Below are positions 8,245 through 15,975 of a stretch of 32,000 bases of DNA, one piece after another. Position numbers and translations under genes: made by a program. The notes below the pieces were generated by a model. It was not told the origin of the DNA. It worked only from the letters and a program-made list of their open reading frames with translations, and did no database searches. Source of the stretch: Synechocystis sp. PCC 6803 substr. PCC-P (GTDB lineage Bacteria > Cyanobacteriota > Cyanobacteriia > Cyanobacteriales > Microcystaceae). Where the stretch lies: NCBI RefSeq assembly GCF_000284455.1, contig NC_017039.1, positions 900,001 through 932,000 of the forward strand, written 5' to 3'. Within the stretch, counting starts at the first letter, position 1; every line of letters starts with the position of its first letter.

Positions 8245-8568
8245 ATGTTTAAATTCCTTGCCAATAATTATTCACAATCTTTGGGGTTAACTGCTTGCCT
8301 GGGGCTATTCACCTACTTGGCGATCGCCGTTCCAGTGGAAGCCCAGGGGCAAAATAGTTTTGAAAATTACCGTCAGCAATGCCTGCGTCGGGTGGAACAG
8401 GCTGGCATTAAGGGGGCGGCGGCTCAGGAAATGTGCAACTGCACAATTAATAAGTTCAAGCAAAAATATTCCCTGGCAGAATTTACCAAGCTTGTGCAAC
8501 AGTCGGAAACCAACCAGGCGATCGCCAGACAATTGGCGGAAGTAGGGGAAGAGTGTTTGTACGAATAG
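8245..8568 (+). CDS. Small secreted/periplasmic hypothetical protein (signal peptide, 4 Cys in mature part)
   Basis: A 107-aa ORF with an N-terminal hydrophobic segment ending in AVPVEAQG (signal-peptidase-like site). The mature region has Cys at QQC, CNC and EEC positions. I recognise no family. Confidence 0.55.
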   Translation: MFKFLANNYSQSLGLTACLGLFTYLAIAVPVEAQGQNSFENYRQQCLRRVEQAGIKGAAAQEMCNCTINKFKQKYSLAEFTKLVQQSETNQAIARQLAEVGEECLYE

Positions 8569-8607
8569 GATCACCCCAAACTGAAGACTAATCCCTTTCC
8601 AATCCAC

Positions 8608-9216
8608 TCAGGGCAACGGTTTAGCCAAAGCCGAAGCCACCTCTGCCAAACAACGGGCATCCGACACCATCCAGGCATGGACCAGCACAGGCAAAATAAT
8701 TTCTTGTCCAATTTCTAAATGGGAACTACTGGGGGGCAGAATCATCAAGTCGAAGGGGGTCCAAATCACCGTCACCTGGAGTCCCGCTAATAACTGACAA
8801 CAATCTCGGTTTAAATCCCTCAAAAAGTCACTCTGCCAGGCCATTTCCCTCACTCCTTGGTGGGGCAAACTATAACCCAGGAGAGTACCTTGGTTGGGGG
8901 CTGAAATGGTGATGTAGCGCCTAACCCGTTCCCCCCCCCCCAGTCGTTGTAAATAATAACGGGTTACTAACCCTCCCATACTAAAACCAATTAAATCCAC
9001 TGGTTGCTGGGGCGCAAATTTTTGATCAATATATTGCTTCACTTGCTCCGCCAACAATGCTAGGGAAGTACTGCCATCGTTGGGCACTAGGTCTAAACAA
9101 TGAACTGACCAGCCGCCCTTGGTCAAAAAATCCACCATGGTGGCAAATTTAGCCCTGGTGTCGTAAATGCCATGGACTAACACAACAGGATGACGGTCCG
9201 GAAATTCTGCTACCAC
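8608..9216 (-). CDS. lipA: Alpha/beta-hydrolase lipase/esterase (small lipase family, LipA-like)
   Basis: The 202-aa product has a GTG start and the motif HPVVLVHGI near the N-terminus. The nucleophile elbow is GFSMGG, and a downstream His lies in VLVHAW. The start is 6 nt after the pmgA stop. The symbol is recalled for the Synechocystis orthologue (sll1969). Confidence 0.75.
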   Translation of the reverse strand: MVAEFPDRHPVVLVHGIYDTRAKFATMVDFLTKGGWSVHCLDLVPNDGSTSLALLAEQVKQYIDQKFAPQQPVDLIGFSMGGLVTRYYLQRLGGGERVRRYITISAPNQGTLLGYSLPHQGVREMAWQSDFLRDLNRDCCQLLAGLQVTVIWTPFDLMILPPSSSHLEIGQEIILPVLVHAWMVSDARCLAEVASALAKPLP

Positions 9217-9222
9217 TAGGTT

Positions 9223-9837
9223 CTACAAACTCAGCAAACGGTAACTTTCGCTGAAAAAGCGTTTGACTACATTTTGACTATCTACCTGGGGCCGGCGCTT
9301 AATTTTCTTGCTGAGGCGGAGACGGGTGCCATCTTCATTCCAATGAACTTGGTCAAAAACTTGCATGAGAATACCCAAACCTCGACCATTTTCCGACTCA
9401 TCCGGGGGAAACCAGGGACTAACACAATTGGGGCAATCAAGTACCACCTGGGGACAAGGACAGGGACGGTCAAACCCCATACCCTGATCGGTGATGATCC
9501 AACAATAACCCTGGGGCGACTGGCGGTATTCCACTGTGATGCATTTCCCTGGATTGAGAGCATTGCCATGGGTAGCTGCATTGACTAAGGCTTCCTGTAA
9601 ACCCAACCTGACCTCGTTGTGCAGAGGTTTGGGGACAGAGTTGAGTAATAGATCAAGGATGGGATAAAGGTAAAGGGTCGAAGAAAAACTGACTTTTTGC
9701 CAATGGGATTGCCTGTGGGGAAAATTAATGTTTAGCAAGCGCTCCACCTCACACCGGACTAGTAGCAATCTAACAGTACTGATGGCAACCATTATACTCG
9801 ATCGCCTGGGAGGCCTGAATGTGCTGGCCGCTACCAT
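9223..9837 (-). CDS. pmgA: RsbW/SpoIIAB-like serine kinase / anti-sigma-factor-type HATPase protein (PmgA-like)
   Basis: N-box LQEALVNAATHGN, G1 box DQGMGF and G2 box GRGLGIL are present. The ORF track extends to 9891 (222 aa), which would overlap the upstream methyltransferase by 34 nt. The ATG at 9837 (MVAAST..., 204 aa) leaves a 20-nt gap and is preferred. Confidence 0.75.
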   Translation of the reverse strand: MVAASTFRPPRRSSIMVAISTVRLLLVRCEVERLLNINFPHRQSHWQKVSFSSTLYLYPILDLLLNSVPKPLHNEVRLGLQEALVNAATHGNALNPGKCITVEYRQSPQGYCWIITDQGMGFDRPCPCPQVVLDCPNCVSPWFPPDESENGRGLGILMQVFDQVHWNEDGTRLRLSKKIKRRPQVDSQNVVKRFFSESYRLLSL

Positions 9838-9857
9838 AACCCTGAGGAATCCTTTGC

Positions 9858-11249
9858 TTAACCATTGACCGCTTTGAGAATTACTGCACACTCCACATGG
9901 GCTGTTTGGGGAAAGAAATCACAACCCTGAACCCAGGTAATTCCATAGAAGCCCTCGGCACAGAGAAATTTCAAGTCCCTCGCTAGGGTGGGGGGCTGGC
10001 AACTAATGTAGGCAATTTTTTCGGGGCGCTGTCGGATAATTTCCCTGAGCACTTCTGGTGCACAACCCTTACGGGGAGGATCAAGGAGTAAAACATCGGG
10101 AATCTCTGACAGGGTGGGTAAAACGGTCTCTACGGTACCAGCCAAAAAATCCACATTGGCAATCTGATTGATCTCAGCGTTGCGCTGTCCCTGGTGCACC
10201 GAATCTTGGTTGACCTCAATGGCGATCGCCTGGCGGACTTGGCGGGCGAGGGGGAGGGTGAAAGTGCCCACCCCAGCATAGGCGTCCACCAACAATTCGG
10301 CGCCTTGCAAATTTAATGCTTGCTGAAGCCTGGTTAACAGTAGCTCTGCCGCCCCGCTGTTAACTTGGAAAAACGTATTAGCCCCCAGGCTAAAGCTCAG
10401 ATCAGCAAACTTTTCTCGACAAATACCCCGCCCTGCAATCACCACGGTCTCATCGCCAAAAATGCGATTGTTGGGTTCGGGCTGAATATTTAAACAAATG
10501 CCGCCCAAATCGGGATAGCGCTCCAACCATTCCCCAGCCTGTTCTTCCAAATCCGGTAAACCTTTATGGGCCGAAATCAGGGTCAGTAACATTTCCCCCG
10601 TACGTTGGCCAATGCGTAGGCTTAGGTGACGTAATTTGCCCTGCTTTTTCTCTTCGTCATAGATAGACCAACCCCGATTTTCAATATCTTTCTTCACCTC
10701 GGTCAGCAATAAATTTAGGCGATCATCCTGCACAGGGCATTGGTTAATATTTACCAAACGATGGCTACCCTTGCGGTAATAACCAGCTTGCACCTGGCCG
10801 GTTTTGGAGCGACTTAGGGGATAGGTGGCTTTGTTGCGATAACCCAAGCTAGCGGGGGACTGTAATAGAGGCTCCAGGGGCAAAGTGGTGAAACCACCAA
10901 TACGCTCCAGGGCGTCAATAATTTGTTGTTGCTTACTTTCTACCTGGAATTGATAATCCAGATGTTGCCATTGGCAACCGCCACATTTATCCGCCACAAT
11001 GCAGGACGGGCGGGTGCGCTGGACAGAAGGTTCTAAAATTTTGAGCAATTGGGCCAAGGCATAATTTCTTTTGACTTTTACCAAGCGGACTTCCAGGCGA
11101 TCGCCGGGGGCCGTGTCGGGCACAAACACTACTCGCTCATTAAAGCGGCCAATACCCTCCCCTTGGTGATTGAGGCCGGTAATGGTCAGTTCCACTACGG
11201 ACCCCTGTTGCCAAAGAGGGCTAGTGGCGAAATTATTACTTTGGGTCAT
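9858..11249 (-). CDS. TRAM-domain, Fe-S-containing RNA (uracil-5-)-methyltransferase (RlmD/RumA family)
   Basis: The 463-aa product has an N-terminal TRAM domain (VVELTITGLNHQGEGIGRF...GDRLEVRLVKVKRNYALA). The Cys cluster is CIVADKCGGCQW plus INQCPV. The SAM-binding motif is VDAYAGVGTFTLPLA and the catalytic region is YISCQPPTLARD. Confidence 0.9.
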   Translation of the reverse strand: MTQSNNFATSPLWQQGSVVELTITGLNHQGEGIGRFNERVVFVPDTAPGDRLEVRLVKVKRNYALAQLLKILEPSVQRTRPSCIVADKCGGCQWQHLDYQFQVESKQQQIIDALERIGGFTTLPLEPLLQSPASLGYRNKATYPLSRSKTGQVQAGYYRKGSHRLVNINQCPVQDDRLNLLLTEVKKDIENRGWSIYDEEKKQGKLRHLSLRIGQRTGEMLLTLISAHKGLPDLEEQAGEWLERYPDLGGICLNIQPEPNNRIFGDETVVIAGRGICREKFADLSFSLGANTFFQVNSGAAELLLTRLQQALNLQGAELLVDAYAGVGTFTLPLARQVRQAIAIEVNQDSVHQGQRNAEINQIANVDFLAGTVETVLPTLSEIPDVLLLDPPRKGCAPEVLREIIRQRPEKIAYISCQPPTLARDLKFLCAEGFYGITWVQGCDFFPQTAHVECAVILKAVNG

Positions 11250-11611
11250 CGAAAATTATTTACCAATACTCTATGGGGCCTTAATTACGACCATTGTATC
11301 TTGTCGTCGCTGGGCAGATTTTTAAAGTAAAAATTAAGAAATAATCCGAGGGAACATAATACAAATCAAAGTACCTTAAACCATTCCTTCGCTGGTGTGG
11401 TTGTCAAACTCGTCATCTTTGCTCCATCGTTAATGGTGATTTAACCAGCCAATTGCCCTATCTAATTCTGAACTCTACAACAAAAAACTGTACCCCACTT
11501 TCTTTACTTTATTCCTCTTCAATAGGCCCTTAGCCTGGGCCAAGGCTCTGCCAAAGAGTGGGAAACTGGAAAGGGGGATTTTAGCTACTACCGTTTTTGC
11601 TCTCGTTTTCC

Positions 11612-13138
11612 ATGACCACCGATTACCTCGAAAGAATTCTTAAAGCCCGGGTTTACGATGTGGCGATCGAAACTCCGTTGGATTTGGCGGCCAATTTATC
11701 GAAGCGGCTGGGTAACCGGGTTTACTTTAAGCGGGAAGACCTACAGCCGGTCTTTTCCTTTAAGTTACGGGGGGCCTATAACAAAATGGCCCAGTTATCA
11801 CCGGAATTATTGGCAAAAGGAGTAATTGCAGCTTCGGCGGGTAACCATGCCCAGGGAGTGGCCCTAGGAGCTTCCAAGTTGGGTACCAGGGCGATTATTG
11901 TTATGCCCGAAACCACTCCTCAGGTGAAAGTGGAGGCGGTCAAAGCTCGGGGCGGTGTGGTGGTGCTCTATGGCGAAACCTATGACGATGCCTATGGCCA
12001 TGCCCGACAGTTGGAGCAGGAAAAAGGGCTAACTTTTATCCATCCTTTTAATGATCCCGACGTGATTGCTGGCCAAGGCACCATTGGCATGGAAATTCTA
12101 CGTCAGTATCAACAGCCCATTGATGCCATTTTTGTGGCGATCGGTGGCGGTGGGCTGATTGCGGGGGTAGCGGCCTACGTTAAACGCCTCTATCCAGAAA
12201 TTAAAATTATCGGCGTGGAACCAACGGATGCCGATGCTATGCGCCAATCTTTGGCGGCGGGAAAACGGGTCAAGCTAAACCAAGTGGGACTGTTTGCGGA
12301 TGGTGTGGCGGTGCGGGAAGTGGGGGATTTAACTTTTCCCCTCTGTCAGCAATATGTGGATGATATTTTGCTGGTGGATACGGACGACACCTGTGCGGCC
12401 ATCAAAGATTGCTTTGAAGATACCCGCTCAATTTTGGAGCCGGCGGGAGCGTTGGCCATTGCGGGACTGAAACAATATGTCCAAAAGCAAGGCTGTCGAG
12501 ACCAAACCCTAGTGGCGATCGCCTGTGGGGCGAATATGAACTTTGACCGATTGAGATTTGTGGCGGAACGGGCCGAGTATGGGGAACAGCGAGAGGCCAT
12601 TTTTGCAGTGACCATTCCCGAACAAAGGGGCAGTTTAAGAAAATTTTGTGAAGGGTTAGGGAAACATAACATTACCGAATTTAGTTACCGCATTGCGGAG
12701 GGGCCCGATGCTCATATTTTTGTCGGCATTCAGGTGCAAAACCGCAGTGATGCGTCCCAACTGGCCGCCAGCTTTAACCGCCAAGGTTTTAAAACCCTCG
12801 ATTTAACCGATGACGAACTGACGAAGCTCCATTTGCGCCATATGGTGGGGGGCCGTCCCCCCCAGGTGACCCAATTGGAAAATCAACGGGAATTACTCTA
12901 CCGATTTGAATTTCCTGAGCGGCCAGGGGCATTGATGAAATTTTTGGGCTGTATGGATCCAGCCTGGAATATTAGTTTGTTCCATTACCGTAACCACGGG
13001 GCCGACTACGGCAGAATTGTCGTCGGCATGCAGGTTCCCTTGGCAGAAATGGAACAGTGGCAACAGTTTTTAGCCAATTTAGGCTATCGCTATTGGGACG
13101 AGAGTGATAATCCGGTTTATCGTCTCTTTCTTCGCTAA
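11612..13138 (+). CDS. ilvA: Biosynthetic threonine dehydratase (threonine ammonia-lyase)
   Basis: The ORF track starts at TTG 11597; ATG at 11612 gives MTTDYLERILKARVYD. The PLP-Lys motif FSFKLRGAYN and the GGGGL loop are present. Two C-terminal ACT-like regulatory repeats mark the biosynthetic form. Confidence 0.93.
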   Translation: MTTDYLERILKARVYDVAIETPLDLAANLSKRLGNRVYFKREDLQPVFSFKLRGAYNKMAQLSPELLAKGVIAASAGNHAQGVALGASKLGTRAIIVMPETTPQVKVEAVKARGGVVVLYGETYDDAYGHARQLEQEKGLTFIHPFNDPDVIAGQGTIGMEILRQYQQPIDAIFVAIGGGGLIAGVAAYVKRLYPEIKIIGVEPTDADAMRQSLAAGKRVKLNQVGLFADGVAVREVGDLTFPLCQQYVDDILLVDTDDTCAAIKDCFEDTRSILEPAGALAIAGLKQYVQKQGCRDQTLVAIACGANMNFDRLRFVAERAEYGEQREAIFAVTIPEQRGSLRKFCEGLGKHNITEFSYRIAEGPDAHIFVGIQVQNRSDASQLAASFNRQGFKTLDLTDDELTKLHLRHMVGGRPPQVTQLENQRELLYRFEFPERPGALMKFLGCMDPAWNISLFHYRNHGADYGRIVVGMQVPLAEMEQWQQFLANLGYRYWDESDNPVYRLFLR

Positions 13139-13550
13139 TTTTTTGCCCCATTCGTGCTAGTAATGGGAGGTATCTTTGTTAGTTACCCTAATTTCTGGCC
13201 CTGGTTACGGCTCCGGCCTGTGCTTGGGAAACAGTGAGAAATTATCGGTAAAATGTCGGCGAAAGCCTACAAAAGTTAGGAACATTTTGGTAAATTGTCA
13301 CGACAGGGATAGGAAAATGAAACTCGGTCATTATTGACCGAAAAAGAAAGGGCCTGACCTTAGTAGCTCCTCGCCACTGAGTTGCCGCTCCTTTCCTCCC
13401 TGAACCGATGAACCTGCCAATCTAGCAAGAATATTTGCAGTTGATGCCGTTTACCGTGGTCTGGGTTCGCAATCACCCCGGCTTTGGTAGCAACACTAGT
13501 TCATCCCATTGACCCCTTTCACTTTACCCAGGAAATACGGACGGTAAACT

Positions 13551-14111
13551 ATGATTTTGACCAAGTTAAAAGACTTCGTCGGCATCAGTGAACACGATGA
13601 GTACGAAGAGGATTACGACGAAGAAATGGAGTTTCCCCAGTCAGTGGCCTCCCAGCCGCCGGCCGAAGAAGTTGCCCCTCCCCCTCGCATTAGCCGCGAA
13701 CCCTTAAGCTTAAATAATGAAACCTCTATTGGTACAGGAGTAAGAAATAACGTGATTGGTATGCCCGGCATCAACAACAGTGTGGCAGAGGTGGTCGTCG
13801 TCGAACCCCATTCCTTCGATGAAATGCCCCAGGTGATTCAAACCCTACGGGAACGGAAGTCGGTGGTGTTAAACCTGAATGTGATGGACCCCGAAGAAGC
13901 CCAGCGAGCCGTGGATTTTGTGGCCGGTGGTACTTTCGCCATGGATGGCCACCAAGAACGCATTGGTGAGAGTATTTTTCTGTTTACCCCCAACTGCGTC
14001 AAAGTCAGTTCTTTGGCAGGTCGTAGTCAGGAAAGCAATGAAACTTCCTCCTCCGTTTCCTCCGATAATTTTCCCACTTGGGGCTATGAAACCAGCCGTT
14101 TAGCTCAATAG
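13551..14111 (+). CDS. sepF: Cell division protein SepF (Ycf50)
   Basis: An acidic or disordered N-terminal half is followed by the conserved SepF core [67 protein letters not shown]. Confidence 0.9.
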   Translation: MILTKLKDFVGISEHDEYEEDYDEEMEFPQSVASQPPAEEVAPPPRISREPLSLNNETSIGTGVRNNVIGMPGINNSVAEVVVVEPHSFDEMPQVIQTLRERKSVVLNLNVMDPEEAQRAVDFVAGGTFAMDGHQERIGESIFLFTPNCVKVSSLAGRSQESNETSSSVSSDNFPTWGYETSRLAQ

Positions 14112-14185
14112 TTGCTGGGTCAAGATTTAGGCACTGTTGCTAATTGTGATTTCGACAGCTATGCCAAATATTTGAATGCTTAAAA

Positions 14186-14216
14186 GCTCTGACGTTGGCG
14201 ATCAGGGCTTTTTTCT
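14186..14216 (+). terminator. Rho-independent terminator downstream of sepF
   Basis: GCTCTGA (14186-14192) pairs with TCAGGGC (14202-14208) as a 7-bp stem with one G-U pair and a 9-nt loop. It is followed by TTTTTTCTT (14209-14217). Confidence 0.5.
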
Positions 14217-14306
14217 TAATTGCTTAATTCCCGGCAAATTCCCCAGCAGTTTAAAATTGGGGCAAGTCCTTGGTCTTTTTCAACGTTTGGCTTAACGTTA
14301 TCCGCC

Positions 14307-14696
14307 ATGCATGATTCCCCTGAAGCTTCTAGTCCGGCCCCCACTCCCCATCCTGAAACCACCCGCACTCCTCCCTGGGGCATGGTCACCATGTTGGAAG
14401 AAGGCCCCCGTTATCGGATTAATCGCATTGTGGTCAAACCGGGACAACATATGAGCACCCAAATGCATTACCACCGCAGTGAACATTGGGTAGTGGTGTC
14501 GGGTACGGCCAAGGTGATCTGTAACGGTGAGGAAAAATTGTTAAATCAGAAAGAATCTACCTATGTGCCGATGAACACTCCCCATCGGGTAGAAAATCCT
14601 GGGGTAATTGACTTGGTGATGATTGAGGTGCAAAACGGTGAATATTTGGGGGATGACGACATTGTCCGTTTCCCCGAGGAGCTTCCAAAGTCCTAA
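14307..14696 (+). CDS. Cupin-domain protein resembling the C-terminal mannose-6-phosphate isomerase (type II) domain
   Basis: The ORF track starts at TTG 14220, immediately after the sepF terminator; ATG at 14307 (MHDSPEA...) is more plausible. The cupin motifs are HYHRSEHWVVVSGTAKV and YVPMNTPHRVENPG. Confidence 0.75.
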   Translation: MHDSPEASSPAPTPHPETTRTPPWGMVTMLEEGPRYRINRIVVKPGQHMSTQMHYHRSEHWVVVSGTAKVICNGEEKLLNQKESTYVPMNTPHRVENPGVIDLVMIEVQNGEYLGDDDIVRFPEELPKS

Positions 14697-14796
14697 GTAA
14701 AATATTTTTTGATCAGGGGATGGTTAACTCCGAAACCCTTATGGACCATCCTTTCCCAAAACCATGGGAGGGCCAGATAGGATGATCTTGTCCCCA

Positions 14797-15051
14797 TCAT
14801 CTCATTTCTGACAATTCTTCTCGCAGAATACGTCGTAAATCAGTTTCAGTTATTGATTGTTCGGCGGGAGATTGGATACATTGTCTTAGCACCTGATTAA
14901 TCAAGGTTTGATAGCCCATGCCCCTTGCCTCAGCCTCTGTTCGAAAATGGTCCAAAACATCATCATCGAGATAAATCGTAATGCGGGTTTTTCCCTTGGA
15001 TGGAATGATGGCGCCTCGTTTTCCTTTGGAAAAATCATATTCCCGTCTCAT
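14797..15051 (-). CDS. brnA: BrnA-type antitoxin (ribbon-helix-helix, COG3514-like)
   Basis: The product MRREYDFSKGKRGAIIPSKGKTRITIYLDDDVLDHFRTEAEARGMGYQTLINQVLRQ matches the BrnA pattern (YDFSKGKRG ... ItIrLD.DVL ... GYQT.IN). ATG at 15051 has AGGAGA about 10 nt upstream. The ORF-track GTG start at 15078 is less likely. Confidence 0.8.
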   Translation of the reverse strand: MRREYDFSKGKRGAIIPSKGKTRITIYLDDDVLDHFRTEAEARGMGYQTLINQVLRQCIQSPAEQSITETDLRRILREELSEMR

Positions 15052-15307
15052 AGATTTTTGTCTCCTGTTTCGTGGCACGTCGGGCTGAAATTAAGCGAAT
15101 AATTTCTCCTCGCAACGTATAAACAACAACCAAGATAGAGCCCGTGTTTCCCATCCCTAATGCGATAAAACGTTCTTCTGTAGTGGAATCAGGATCAAGC
15201 TCGTGAATGGTGAGAGGATCAAAAAAGACCATTTCAGCTTCTGCAAAGGAAATGCCATGCTTTTGCCGATTACTTTTGGCCTTTTGCGGATCATACTCAA
15301 ACTGCAT
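15035..15307 (-). CDS. brnT: BrnT-type toxin (DUF497/COG2929 ribonuclease toxin)
   Basis: From ATG 15307 the product reads MQFEYDPQKAKSNRQKHGISFAEAEMVFFDP...ERFIALGMGNTGSILVVVYTLRGEIIRLISARRATKQETKIYE, the BrnT family signature. Its 3' end overlaps the brnA start by 17 nt, which is the toxin-first order typical of BrnTA. Confidence 0.8.
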   Translation of the reverse strand: MQFEYDPQKAKSNRQKHGISFAEAEMVFFDPLTIHELDPDSTTEERFIALGMGNTGSILVVVYTLRGEIIRLISARRATKQETKIYETGI

Positions 15308-15456
15308 ACATACATAATATGCATTACAAAGTGTTCGGTCAATAAAGGAGTAGTCCTGCACAGAAGCGGCGATCGCCTCCGGGCAACTTTGCAGTGAAGG
15401 ATCTAGTCGGCTCCCGATTTTTGCCCTGAGTTCGGGAAACCACACTCACCGGGGTG

Positions 15457-15486
15457 TTGCACTGGGTCAAGCAATTTAGCTAAATT
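15457..15486 (+). promoter_or_regulatory. Candidate sigma70-type groESL promoter (-35 TTGCAC, 18-nt spacer, -10 TAAATT)
   Basis: TTGCAC lies at 15457-15462 and TAAATT at 15481-15486. The -10 element overlaps the left arm of the CIRCE operator, as expected for HrcA repression. This is a by-eye match only. Confidence 0.3.
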
Positions 15487-15511
15487 AGCACTCGTGAGGT
15501 GGGAGTGCTAA
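15485..15511 (+). promoter_or_regulatory. CIRCE operator (HrcA binding site)
   Basis: A perfect TTAGCACTC-N9-GAGTGCTAA inverted repeat lies at 15485-15493 and 15503-15511, 57 nt upstream of the groES ATG. Confidence 0.9.
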
Positions 15512-15567
15512 ACCCTCTCCCAAATTACTACTGACCTTGCAAGACTATCATCTGGAGGATGACTTCT

Positions 15568-15879
15568 ATGGCCGCTATTTCCATTAATGTTTCTACTGTG
15601 AAACCCCTTGGCGATCGGGTGTTTGTGAAAGTAAGCCCCGCTGAAGAAAAAACCGCTGGGGGGATTTTGTTGCCTGATAACGCCAAAGAAAAACCCCAAA
15701 TTGGTGAAGTTGTCCAAGTGGGCCCCGGCAAACGCAACGACGACGGTACCTACTCCCCTGTGGAAGTCAAAGTGGGCGATAAGGTTCTCTATTCCAAGTA
15801 TGCCGGCACCGATATCAAACTTGGTGGCGACGACTATGTTCTGTTAACTGAAAAAGATATTTTGGCCTCCGTTGCCTAG
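15568..15879 (+). CDS. groES: Co-chaperonin GroES
   Basis: ATG at 15568 is preceded by GGAGGA (15554-15559). The product is [37 protein letters not shown]... Confidence 0.97.
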   Translation: MAAISINVSTVKPLGDRVFVKVSPAEEKTAGGILLPDNAKEKPQIGEVVQVGPGKRNDDGTYSPVEVKVGDKVLYSKYAGTDIKLGGDDYVLLTEKDILASVA

Positions 15880-15975
15880 GTCGATTAATTTTTACCGATC
15901 CTGACCTGTGTTAAAACTTGCAGGATTTTTACCCATTCATCTATTGCATTAATTTGCCCACGAGGTTTTACTTTT

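Noticed and set aside
9838-9891. N-terminal extension of the PmgA ORF to 222 aa, overlapping the methyltransferase 3' end
   Set aside because: The extension (MCSNSQSGQWLSKGFLRV) would overlap the upstream CDS by 34 nt and adds no recognisable domain. The ATG at 9837 gives a normal 20-nt intergenic gap. I keep it as a caveat only.
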